Shown here piece after piece: positions 52,260 through 61,587 of a DNA stretch of 64,000 nt. Source of the DNA: Nitrosopumilus sp. GTDB lineage: Archaea; Thermoproteota; Nitrososphaeria; Nitrososphaerales; Nitrosopumilaceae. Made by a program: the position numbers and the translations under genes. The notes beneath the pieces are model-generated. The model had not been told where the DNA came from. It saw only the letters and a program-made list of their open reading frames with translations, and searched no databases. Where the stretch lies: positions 1,184,001 to 1,248,000 of the forward strand of contig OZ240211.1 of NCBI GenBank assembly GCA_965197525.1, in the 5' to 3' direction. The number at the start of each line of letters is the position of its first letter. Positions within the stretch are counted from its first letter, which is position 1.

Positions 52260-53672
52260 TTAGACTACCTTAAGATCTTTTGCCTCTGTCATAAGATCAC
52301 GATGTGTAATGAATGCCTGTTCAGCTGTTATACTATGCCGCTTGGCACCATTCTTGATTAACTCGCCAAACAGGATAGATTTGACGCGTTGATTCCTTGC
52401 ATCTTCATTCTTTTCATATTTGCGGTACAATGGATGCTGTCTATTGCAATGAAAATTATTGGTCTCTGGATCAAGGAGGCCGTCCCATGGCACATCATAT
52501 CTGTCAACTAGAGTGATATCAAGACCGCTCCCACCACGTTTTTTATTCTTGTTTTCGTCGGATTTTTTCCCATCTGGTTTTTCACGTGTGTCATTTGGAT
52601 CTGTTTTTACATTTTTAGAACCTACTTCTTTTCCAGAACCTACACCCTTGCCAGAACCTACTCCATTCGTTGCATTTGGATTAAGCCATTCATATTCAGG
52701 TTTTTTAAACAGGTTTTGAAAGAATTTTGTCAGTTTTGGGTTGCGTTGCGCATCACCTGTGTGTTTTTCCACATATCCTGCACGTCTGAGAGTCTCGTGC
52801 ATCCATCGCTCTACACTCTTGTACATGTCTGCCACAGCTGCTTGCCCACTCTTGAAACTATTTTTGTTAAGTTTTAGGTATTTAGAGCATTTTTTCGCAT
52901 CCACCATTGCATATACACGATTTTTATGTGGTTCTAAGACGTCAGATATCCATTCTGGCTTTTTTACGGTCACATTTTTGCCCCATACTTCATACTGAAT
53001 ATAACGATATTTGGAGGGTATGTCTTTTTGCATCACTGACAGAGTGATTGGGAATGACATTTTTTTAGATTTTATGATTCCTGTAGTCTGAAATACGTGT
53101 GGAGGATTCCAAGGTTCCAATCTATTACCATTAATAATGATTGTTAGTCTGTTTACCATGGATGGATTGAATACATCTAAGATTATATCACATAACCTAG
53201 ATTGTAATATCTTATAGTCGTTCTCACGCAATTTTACACCATATGATGTACCGCGAATCCTCATGGATGTCGAAGTATCACATTCGTCCCATTTGAGTCG
53301 TCTGTGTTTAACATGCATATCTGACGCAAATGGACCATCATCACCATATGTCTCAGTATGTATGACGGTATTCTTCCAAACTGCAAGGTAGATTTTGGCT
53401 CCGACTCCTGCGAACCCTATTCCACGTCCCTTTGTTTTGGACGAGCCAGATATCTTGTGATATGCTTTGAACTGTTTGCGATTCATGCCAGGACCGTTGT
53501 CAGTAAATGTTATGGTTTTGTCACCAAGTGTTATTTCTACTCTGTCGGCATCTGCATCAAGCGCGTTTGCAATAGCTTCTAAAATTACTATTGATGCTTC
53601 ATCATCGTATGCATCGCAAAAATTTTCAAGCGTATGCATGGCATCTATTTCTATGTCATGTTGTTTTCCCAC
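52260..53672 (-). CDS. GHKL (Hsp90/MutL/MORC-like) ATPase
   Basis: EAIANALDA (N box), DNGPGM (G1), GFAGVGAK (G2), GT (G3); charged linker; C-terminal NRQHPLY. Confidence 0.8.
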   Translation of the reverse strand: MGKQHDIEIDAMHTLENFCDAYDDEASIVILEAIANALDADADRVEITLGDKTITFTDNGPGMNRKQFKAYHKISGSSKTKGRGIGFAGVGAKIYLAVWKNTVIHTETYGDDGPFASDMHVKHRRLKWDECDTSTSMRIRGTSYGVKLRENDYKILQSRLCDIILDVFNPSMVNRLTIIINGNRLEPWNPPHVFQTTGIIKSKKMSFPITLSVMQKDIPSKYRYIQYEVWGKNVTVKKPEWISDVLEPHKNRVYAMVDAKKCSKYLKLNKNSFKSGQAAVADMYKSVERWMHETLRRAGYVEKHTGDAQRNPKLTKFFQNLFKKPEYEWLNPNATNGVGSGKGVGSGKEVGSKNVKTDPNDTREKPDGKKSDENKNKKRGGSGLDITLVDRYDVPWDGLLDPETNNFHCNRQHPLYRKYEKNEDARNQRVKSILFGELIKNGAKRHSITAEQAFITHRDLMTEAKDLKVV

Positions 53673-53733
53673 ACAGAGGTGTTAAAGTAAAAAGTATAAA
53701 GATGTATTTAGTCAACTGAATCTCTGAAAAAAT

Positions 53734-53755
53734 ATGATTTTAGTAATAAAATCAT
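53734..53755. promoter_or_regulatory. Perfect palindrome upstream of the GHKL gene (operator or terminator)
   Basis: ATGATTTTA-GTAA-TAAAATCAT between the NFACT stop and the GHKL start. Confidence 0.35.
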
Positions 53756-53797
53756 TCCATATATGATATATTTAGGTCAAAATACTTTTGATTCGCA

Positions 53798-55915
53798 TTA
53801 TAGATGAGCATCACCGCGACTTATCTGGACAATCTGACTTTTTCCAGCAGGTAGTACACGAACGTAATCGTCAATTGGTATACTCTTTGCAATGTCTTCT
53901 TTTAGTTTTGAGAACTCTATTCTGATCTTTTTGGCAGTGTCTGCCATCTCAGAACCGTGCGGTTCAATTATTGCGTAAAGGATAGAATATTTTTTTATAG
54001 GTTCAGGAGGACCGCATGTTAGTACATAGGTTGTGTCCGTATCATCATCAATGTTATTATCAAGGGCATCATTATCATCATCATTGTTATAGTCTCCACC
54101 ATCAATGTTACCATTATCTGAAATAACAGTAATAGCACCACCACCCTCATCATCATCATGTTGGGGAATAATCCCCACTGCCAGTCGCAGGGTATCTGAC
54201 TTGATGAAGTTTCTCTGTCCCTCAATGGTAAATGACCCTTTAGGTAGAAACTCTCCACTGGGAGCAGATTTCTTTACTTGCTGAGGATTTACCCAAAACG
54301 CACTTACACCATACAAACCTTCTCGCCACGCTCTACTGAAACATACAGTTGCATGCGCAATCTCGTTCATAGATGCATCAGGTGCGTCATTAGCGTCTTT
54401 TAAGATAAAGAATGGTGATCCAAAGATATCTGCATGAAATACGCAGTCGTTGTTCCCAAGACGTTTTCTTATTACAGCAGAGTTCGATGCGGCATCACGG
54501 CCGCCGATGGTTAGCATCCCGTCAGTCGTAAAGAACCACCTATACCTCTCATACCACATCTTTTTTCTAATCTCAGATGTGACCATCAACTTTCGTTCAG
54601 ACTCAGTCTTACTCTGAAACTTGGCTAGTTTCTTCTCGGTCTTCTCCTTTATGGCCTGAATAGAGGATATCGCACCTGACTGTTTCTTTGCCTCATTAAA
54701 CAGTGTTGATGCAATGGACTGTAGGGGAGCGTTGGTGTTTATCTTTATCTTTTCATCCAGGATTACAATCAACCAAACACCCTTTTCATTAACCAGTTTT
54801 GCATTATGACTTGCAAGTATGTCCTGAGCTGACTTGTCAGTAACTGACAGGATGCCTGCAGAGACCATTACAAAAAAAGAATTGGCAACACTCGTAATGT
54901 TCTTTGAGCGCTCTTTCACTGTAAGAATGGCTTTTTCTTGCTCTGATATTTGGGTCTCCAACTGTTTGATCTTTTTATCAGAATCACTTGATTGAACAGC
55001 TCTGCCTGCTGCCAGAATATTTTCTGTAAACACTGTATCCAATCCTTCAATAAAGCTGGCAACACTTGTCGTCGTCTCCGGATTCAGTCGTCCTAGTTTT
55101 AGCGGTAGAACATCTGTCTTTTCACCTCGGATAATTACTGCATCATGGTTGCCTGCAGTTACATCTGTGACAATCTTTTTGGCAGTCTCAAATAGTTTTG
55201 TTATCTCGTCCGTATTTAACAGAGTTCCTATCTTCTTCTGATCAACTGCTGCGATCTCAAATATTGCCTCTACGTATTTTTTTGGCAGTCCCAACGTTCT
55301 GCCCAACCATTTTGCAGAACCTAGGTCAGCTGTCTTGAGATCATCAAAAACGTCCTGTGTCAGATTAAAGATATCCAATCCGCTTGATGGTGGGGGCACA
55401 TACTGCAACCCAACACCAAGTTTTCGATGTCTGACATCAATGGAGTGTTGCAGTGCCAGAATCTTCATCTCACTGTTACATAGTATGATGTTTCCATCTC
55501 CAAAAAACTCTCCGACTAGAACAAACTCTTTGCCAAACCCTTCAAAATAGAAATATGCGATACGCTCAGCACCGATCTGTTCTATCTTTTTTAGTTTTAG
55601 TCTAAGAATATCACTTCGTAGACGTTTAAGCAGTCTGTTGGGTTCCATCTGCTCTATCTTTACGCCTGTCAGCCAGACACCGGCAGTTGAGACCATCATG
55701 AATAGATCACTCTTTTCAGTATGGTGAAGTTTGAAGAGAATACTGTCTTTTGTTACGCCGTAGATGTTACTGACGTAGTAATCTTGGACTTGGTCTGAGA
55801 TCTGATTGACAAGATATCGCAGTTCAATCCCAGCTAAGGCCATAAACTGGTATAGATTCACGTAGATTATACTCTTGCTATCAATAAGATTACCAAAGAT
55901 TTTAAACAAGGTCAA
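53798..55915 (-). CDS. NFACT-family protein (RqcH/Rqc2 homolog, ribosome quality control)
   Basis: NFACT-N (ELFGDGN-like EFFGDGNIIL), coiled coil, WYERYRWF, GGRDA.SN, FHAD..GSP, PSGEFL.KGSF. Confidence 0.92.
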   Translation of the reverse strand: MTLFKIFGNLIDSKSIIYVNLYQFMALAGIELRYLVNQISDQVQDYYVSNIYGVTKDSILFKLHHTEKSDLFMMVSTAGVWLTGVKIEQMEPNRLLKRLRSDILRLKLKKIEQIGAERIAYFYFEGFGKEFVLVGEFFGDGNIILCNSEMKILALQHSIDVRHRKLGVGLQYVPPPSSGLDIFNLTQDVFDDLKTADLGSAKWLGRTLGLPKKYVEAIFEIAAVDQKKIGTLLNTDEITKLFETAKKIVTDVTAGNHDAVIIRGEKTDVLPLKLGRLNPETTTSVASFIEGLDTVFTENILAAGRAVQSSDSDKKIKQLETQISEQEKAILTVKERSKNITSVANSFFVMVSAGILSVTDKSAQDILASHNAKLVNEKGVWLIVILDEKIKINTNAPLQSIASTLFNEAKKQSGAISSIQAIKEKTEKKLAKFQSKTESERKLMVTSEIRKKMWYERYRWFFTTDGMLTIGGRDAASNSAVIRKRLGNNDCVFHADIFGSPFFILKDANDAPDASMNEIAHATVCFSRAWREGLYGVSAFWVNPQQVKKSAPSGEFLPKGSFTIEGQRNFIKSDTLRLAVGIIPQHDDDEGGGAITVISDNGNIDGGDYNNDDDNDALDNNIDDDTDTTYVLTCGPPEPIKKYSILYAIIEPHGSEMADTAKKIRIEFSKLKEDIAKSIPIDDYVRVLPAGKSQIVQISRGDAHL

Positions 55916-55938
55916 ATAAAGTCACCTTAGAAATTTAC

Positions 55939-56466
55939 TTGGCAAAGTTCAAAAAGAAGAGATCAGCGGCAACTCCGGGATCAGACGATTTAAAGAAAAA
56001 AAAGTCGCTATCAACAAAAGAGGACGATGATAAAACTACTATCCCAGATGTTGAAGGTGGTGGAGCTAACGACGCATCAAAACCTGAAGAGTCTGTAGGA
56101 GATGATAAAGGAGGAGGGGGCGGAGCAGCAGTAAGCCAAGCTCAACTCAGTGAGAGGAATAGAAAGTTAAACAACCTGTTTTGGTTTCGTGTCGTTTTGG
56201 CAGTTATTATTGGAAGCTCGGCGGCGTTCATCTTTGAGGACATTGAAGGCGAGGAGAGAAGATGGGCATCCATTGGTTTAATGATAATTGTATTTATGGG
56301 AACGATAGTTGTTGCAAAGAATATGAATTTGCAGTTACCGCCATCTGATAGAAAGAAGGTAGTCACCCAAGCAATCGGAAGTTATGTCTTTCTGTACTTG
56401 TTTTGCTGGATTGTAACTTATACACTAACCAATGCAGAGGAAGTTACAAGATTCATCAATATTTAG
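55939..56466 (+). CDS. Small membrane protein with a charged low-complexity N-terminus
   Basis: Three C-terminal hydrophobic helices. Confidence 0.7.
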   Translation: MAKFKKKRSAATPGSDDLKKKKSLSTKEDDDKTTIPDVEGGGANDASKPEESVGDDKGGGGGAAVSQAQLSERNRKLNNLFWFRVVLAVIIGSSAAFIFEDIEGEERRWASIGLMIIVFMGTIVVAKNMNLQLPPSDRKKVVTQAIGSYVFLYLFCWIVTYTLTNAEEVTRFINI

Positions 56467-56473
56467 AGACGTT

Positions 56474-57067
56474 ATGTGGAACTTTAAAACTCCAGGAATA
56501 CCTGATGAGCAGTTTGAACGTACAGCAAACGTTCCAATAACAAAAGAAGAGGTAAGAGTAATTCAAATTAGCAAAGCTAGATTGAGTCCCGGACAGTTAG
56601 TGTATGATGTTGGTTGTGGAAGCGGTTCAGTGACAATAGAGGCAGCAGTCCAGATTGAATCGACAGGACGTGTCATATCAATAGACTATGACAAGAATGC
56701 AATTGCATTGACACAAAAAAATCTGGAAAAGTTCGAGATCTCAAATGTCAAACTGGTGTTAGGGGATGCAAAGGACCAGATTCCAGAGTTAGAAGAGCAG
56801 GCAGATGCAATATTTGTTGGGGGTACAGGAGGAGATACCGTAGAGATAGTCAAATTATGCCAAGCAAAACTAAAGCGAGACGGAAGAATCGTGATAGGAA
56901 CAATACTTGTAGAGACCCTGTATGCGGTGTTGCAGATACTGGATAAATTGGATTTTACAGATATAGATATCACCCAGGTGACTATTGCAAAGAGTAGAAA
57001 GACCAGTACGGGAACCATGATGCTTGCAAAAAATCCTGTGACAGTGATTTCAGCATCTAAACTGTAA
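56474..57067 (+). CDS. cbiT: Precorrin-6Y C5,15-methyltransferase (decarboxylating) subunit
   Basis: GIPDEQF, PITKEEVR, DVGCGSGSVT, IFVGGT, KNPV; ATG at 56474. Confidence 0.93.
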   Translation: MWNFKTPGIPDEQFERTANVPITKEEVRVIQISKARLSPGQLVYDVGCGSGSVTIEAAVQIESTGRVISIDYDKNAIALTQKNLEKFEISNVKLVLGDAKDQIPELEEQADAIFVGGTGGDTVEIVKLCQAKLKRDGRIVIGTILVETLYAVLQILDKLDFTDIDITQVTIAKSRKTSTGTMMLAKNPVTVISASKL

Positions 57068-57103
57068 TCTAGATTTTTAATATGGATTATAACATGATAA
57101 GAG

Positions 57104-57841
57104 ATGGCAGGAGTAAGAGTAGGAAGCCTAACTGGCATTGGCGTAGGTCCCGGTGACCCCGAATTACTTACACTCAAGGCTGCAAAGGCGATTCAGAGTG
57201 CAGATATCATCATGTGTCCTGCATCAAATGAGAGCAGGCCAAGCATAGCGTTATCAGTTGTATCGTCGCTAATTGACAAATCAAAAAACCAAGAGATAGT
57301 AAAACTGATCTTTCCGATGACCAAAGATCCTGACATACTAAAACAGACATGGAAGAGGAATGCCAAGATAATGGCACAACAAGTCTTGTCTGGAAAAAAT
57401 GTGGTGTATATTACAGTAGGCGATCCGTATTTGTATAGTACGTGGATTTACATGCACCGTGATCTGACGGCAAACTATCCAGATATGGATATTACCGTAA
57501 TTCCAGGAATTGTCTCAATGTTTACATTTGCATCCAAAGTAGGTGTAAGTATTGCAGAAGGTGCAGAGAAGGTAGCTATAATCCCATCATGCTATGACTT
57601 GACAAGTGTAAAAGAGATTGCAAAGAACTCAGAGGTGATGGTGTTTCTAAAAGATGGAAGATATTTTGATCAGGTGATCGATGTATTAAGAGAATCCGGA
57701 TTCCCCGATGATTCAATCTTTGCAATAGGTCAAGATCTTGGAACAGACAAGGAGATCATAAGAACGCTAAAGTTGGGTCAAGTCAACGATTCCACATTAA
57801 CTACAAAATACTTTTCGATATTGGTGGTAAAACGTGTCTAA
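57104..57841 (+). CDS. cbiL: Precorrin-2 C20-methyltransferase
   Basis: GIGVGPGDPELLTLKA, FPMTKD, GDPYLYST, IPGIVS. Confidence 0.92.
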   Translation: MAGVRVGSLTGIGVGPGDPELLTLKAAKAIQSADIIMCPASNESRPSIALSVVSSLIDKSKNQEIVKLIFPMTKDPDILKQTWKRNAKIMAQQVLSGKNVVYITVGDPYLYSTWIYMHRDLTANYPDMDITVIPGIVSMFTFASKVGVSIAEGAEKVAIIPSCYDLTSVKEIAKNSEVMVFLKDGRYFDQVIDVLRESGFPDDSIFAIGQDLGTDKEIIRTLKLGQVNDSTLTTKYFSILVVKRV

Positions 57842-58601
57842 GGTCTATTTTATAGGATGTGGTCCAGGAGATCCCGAGCTCATAACTGTCAAGGCCAAGA
57901 AACTGATTCAGAAGGCAGACGTTGTAGTATATTCAGGTTCACTAATTCCAGAACCCATACTGAAACTATGCAAAAAGGCTACTTTGCATGATGCAGCAAA
58001 GCTAGTCAGAGAGGAGATATTTGATCTCTTGTATAAAAATGCCAGAGACGACAAACTGGTAGTAAGGCTACATGACGGTGATCCGTCAATCTATGGAGCA
58101 ATAAAGGAGCAGATTGATAATCTGGATAAACAGGACATCGAGTCCGTAGTTGTGCCTGGCGTCACGGCATTTCTTGCTAGTGCTGCAGCGCTAGGAACAC
58201 AGTTAACTCTACCCGGAGTCACACAGACCATCATAGTTACAAGGGCTGAATCAAGAACCCGAGTGCCAAAACGGGAGAAGATCTCAGAGCTGGCAAAGCA
58301 CAAGGCAACATTGATCTTTTATCTGAGTGTGCATCTTGTCTCAAACCTGGTAAAAGAGGCGATAGCCAGTGGCGGTTACAAGAAAACCACGCCGGTAGCT
58401 GTAGTGTATAAAGCGAGTTGGGCCGATCAGGTGATCGTCAAAGGAACACTGCAAGATATTGCTCAAAAAGTAAAAGATGCCAAGATTACAAGAACTGCAA
58501 TCGTGATTATCAGTGACGTCATCGAGCCGGAATCATACGAGTACTCTAAACTATACGATAAGAAATTCAGTCATGGGTATAGAAAAGCAAAAATCAAATA
58601 G
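57834..58601 (+). CDS. cbiF: Precorrin-4 C11-methyltransferase
   Basis: GPGDPELITVK, YSGSL, RLHDGDPSIYGA, SKLY. Confidence 0.93.
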   Translation: MSKVYFIGCGPGDPELITVKAKKLIQKADVVVYSGSLIPEPILKLCKKATLHDAAKLVREEIFDLLYKNARDDKLVVRLHDGDPSIYGAIKEQIDNLDKQDIESVVVPGVTAFLASAAALGTQLTLPGVTQTIIVTRAESRTRVPKREKISELAKHKATLIFYLSVHLVSNLVKEAIASGGYKKTTPVAVVYKASWADQVIVKGTLQDIAQKVKDAKITRTAIVIISDVIEPESYEYSKLYDKKFSHGYRKAKIK

Positions 58602-59361
58602 ACAGATACCGTATATTGCTTTTTATCCCTAGTTGTGATAAATGTTTTTGAAACTGTTCTGGATTACCCGAGGTGTAGATGGTCAATGAGCTGTTTTTTG
58701 GTGAACTGTCTTTTATGGTATTCAGTATTGATTTTGCAACAATGTGTCCTGGATCCATGAATGTGACGTGTGGAAATTCGTCCTCTAGCAGAGATTGTAA
58801 GAATGGCAGATGTGTACTGGAGAGAGTGACTGTATCAATTGAATTTTTTAAAATAGTACTAGACAGAGTTTGTTTTATAATTTTTTTACACTGTTTTTGA
58901 TCTGTTAGAAACATTCCGGATTCCACCAGATCAACTAGTATAGAGCCGTTAATCTTGTGAAATGTTACAGATTTGGGAAAATTATTTTCTTTGATAAATA
59001 CATCTAGTCCTTGACTAGATATAGCAGATTTGGTTCCTAGTATTCCGATATTTTTTGTCATACTGCTAGCAGCGGCTTCACTTAACGGGGGCCTTACGCC
59101 AATGACTTTTGGATGGGATATGCCAAGCATGAGTGTAGGAGTGTTTGATGCCATAACCACCAAGTCAGGCGAAAACCGGTGATTTAGCGCTTTGATGGTT
59201 CTGTTAATGATAGTGCGTAATTGCGCATGAGATTTGTTTCCGTAAGGATAGTTTTTCTGATCAGCAAAGTATATGATCTCAGAACCGGTAACTATTCCTT
59301 GGATTGCCCTGATAATTGAGAGCGATCCAAGTCCAGAGTCAAAGACTGCTAGTCGTGCCAT
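58594..59361 (-). CDS. Glutamate racemase (MurI) homolog with both catalytic Cys replaced by Ser
   Basis: VFDSGLGSL, DQKNYPYG, ASNT (canonical ACNT), LSSTHLP (canonical LGCTHYP). Confidence 0.8.
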   Translation of the reverse strand: MARLAVFDSGLGSLSIIRAIQGIVTGSEIIYFADQKNYPYGNKSHAQLRTIINRTIKALNHRFSPDLVVMASNTPTLMLGISHPKVIGVRPPLSEAAASSMTKNIGILGTKSAISSQGLDVFIKENNFPKSVTFHKINGSILVDLVESGMFLTDQKQCKKIIKQTLSSTILKNSIDTVTLSSTHLPFLQSLLEDEFPHVTFMDPGHIVAKSILNTIKDSSPKNSSLTIYTSGNPEQFQKHLSQLGIKSNIRYLSI

Positions 59362-59453
59362 GAATTATAGTAAGAGATCCTACGCATAAGAGTTTGTTAG
59401 ATAAATTTAGTCTCAAGTTGAAGAAAATCCACCCCGCCGATTAAGACTAAATT

Positions 59454-60119
59454 TTGAAACCAATAACCATGCCAAACTTCGATAAGACTTGGGCTCGACA
59501 AGAGACCCAAGGTGTAACAGGCAAACTCCGCGAGGCAGTAAAACCACAGGGTGCTCTAAAGCCACGAATCCAGACTGCAGTAAACAAACTACAAGTCCAG
59601 ATATCAAAGATGGACTCTATGTTAAACAAATTGCATGAGAGAGATGCGCAACTCTTTCAGCGAGTCGTGACTGCAATGCAGCAACATGATACTAGTACAA
59701 GCAGAGTTTTGTCAAACGAATTAGCAGAAATTCGCAAGGTTACAAAAATGCTCGGCAACGCAAGAATGTCATTAGAACAAGTTCAACTTAGATTGACGAC
59801 TATTCATGATCTTGGTGATGCCATGGTAGCAATCGGACCTGCAATGTCTACAATGAAGGGATTAAAGTCATCGCTAGGAAGATTCATGCCAGAAGCTGAT
59901 TCAGAACTGAACAGTATGACACAAACATTGAATGGACTTATGATGGATTCACTTGCAGGAGATTCATTTAGCATGGAGTCTGATACTTCAAGTGAAGAAA
60001 CAGACAAGATTCTTCAGGAAGCATCTGCAGTAGCTGAGCAACAGGTAGGAGATAGATTCCCATCTGTACCATCCTCAACTGGACTTTCGTCACAGTCTTC
60101 TTCTACCTCTACATATTGA
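59454..60119 (+). CDS. cdvB: ESCRT-III/Snf7-family cell division protein (CdvB paralog)
   Basis: Snf7 coiled coil (NELAEIRK, LEQVQLRL.T..DLGD); likely ATG at 59469. Confidence 0.85.
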   Translation: MKPITMPNFDKTWARQETQGVTGKLREAVKPQGALKPRIQTAVNKLQVQISKMDSMLNKLHERDAQLFQRVVTAMQQHDTSTSRVLSNELAEIRKVTKMLGNARMSLEQVQLRLTTIHDLGDAMVAIGPAMSTMKGLKSSLGRFMPEADSELNSMTQTLNGLMMDSLAGDSFSMESDTSSEETDKILQEASAVAEQQVGDRFPSVPSSTGLSSQSSSTSTY

Positions 60120-60202
60120 GTAGATTGAAGAGAACGAACGTTCTTTCTTTTTGTTTTATTTGCAGTTTGGCAACAACAGTACCATGCAGTGTCAGTTAAA
60201 GA

Positions 60203-61360
60203 CTAGCTCCAGAGCTTTTCTTTGAACGTGAGTTTCTTGTTCAAGATAAAGTTACTAAATGCAGCAACGGAGATAGCTAAAACCAAGGCAAGTGGGTACT
60301 CCATACCGTAAGAGTCTACTAACTGGAATACCAGTCCTAACTGAATCAAAGCACCCAACGAACTAAACAAGCCAAACTTGCCGTATTGAGTGAAGACACG
60401 TTTTTTAGTAAAGTCTCTGTCCTCAAAAGTCCATACCTTGTTTAAGATGAAATTAGTAGAGATTGATGCAATGATTCCAAATATGTTTGCGTGTAGATAC
60501 CATAGTTCGGTCAGACCGGATGTAAATAACAACGAGATCAGATAATTTACACCAAGACCAGTTGCACCAACTGTAAAGAATCTTGCTGCTTTTGAGAAGA
60601 ATCTTACAGAGGGACGTTTCTCATTTGTTGATTTTATCTTTCCATTTTTGTACAACTGCCATACGGATTTAAAATAATCAAAGATGATCGAGCTGTCTAA
60701 CTTACTGGAACCGAATTTACGATTCTCAAATGTATAAGGAATCTCCTTGACGTTGATTCCTTTTGTCTTTACAAGCATCTCCAAGAGAAATTTGTAGCCG
60801 ATTACGTCAAAATTTAACTCTTTGATAATATTTTTTTTAAAAGCAAAGAATCCAGACATTGGGTCCTTGGTCTTGACACCCAACCCCTTCTTTGCAATCA
60901 GTGTAGCGACTTTACTCATAATCTTTCTTTTAAGGGTCCAACCCTCAATGTGCCCACCGGTGATATAACGAGAGGCAACGACTAGGTCGCATTGGTAGTG
61001 CTTGAAGGCATCAATCATCTTGGGGATAATTTGAGGAGGGTGAGAAAAGTCAGAGTCCATCACCACTATCATGTCTGCTTTGGCGTTTTGTATTCCGTTT
61101 AGTATTGCAGATGACAGACCGTTCTTGGTCTTTCTGTGAATGATACTGATGCTGTGCTCTGTGAACTTTTTAAAATTAGATATGTATTCTTCAACTATCT
61201 TACCTGTACCGTCAGGGGAGTTATCATCAACTACGATGGTCTCTGAAAAAACTCCTTTTGGTATAGATTGTGGTATTGATTTTAGCATATCAACGATGTT
61301 TAATGATTCATTATACGTTGGAACAATGATTGATACTTGTGGGTGTGTTCTTATAGTCAT
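60203..61360 (-). CDS. GT2 polyprenol-phosphate glycosyltransferase fused to a GtrA domain
   Basis: IVPTYNE, VDDNSPDG, VMDSD.SHPP, DPMSGFF; C-terminal GtrA helices (NF.LNK.WTF). Confidence 0.92.
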   Translation of the reverse strand: MTIRTHPQVSIIVPTYNESLNIVDMLKSIPQSIPKGVFSETIVVDDNSPDGTGKIVEEYISNFKKFTEHSISIIHRKTKNGLSSAILNGIQNAKADMIVVMDSDFSHPPQIIPKMIDAFKHYQCDLVVASRYITGGHIEGWTLKRKIMSKVATLIAKKGLGVKTKDPMSGFFAFKKNIIKELNFDVIGYKFLLEMLVKTKGINVKEIPYTFENRKFGSSKLDSSIIFDYFKSVWQLYKNGKIKSTNEKRPSVRFFSKAARFFTVGATGLGVNYLISLLFTSGLTELWYLHANIFGIIASISTNFILNKVWTFEDRDFTKKRVFTQYGKFGLFSSLGALIQLGLVFQLVDSYGMEYPLALVLAISVAAFSNFILNKKLTFKEKLWS

Positions 61361-61587
61361 ACTTGTTACTATGATGAGTGATTTTTTGTATAAATATTAG
61401 TTTTTAATTAAAAAAGATGATGTAATAGTGTTATTCTAATTTACTATGATGCATCAAAGATTATGATAGTCAACTATAATATTGGTTGGCTATGGTTTCT
61501 AATAAATAAATTGTGGAATAAGGTAGCCCATTACATGCCTTGGATCATTCAAATATGGCTCTGGAAAGTCACACAGTTATGGCGTGA

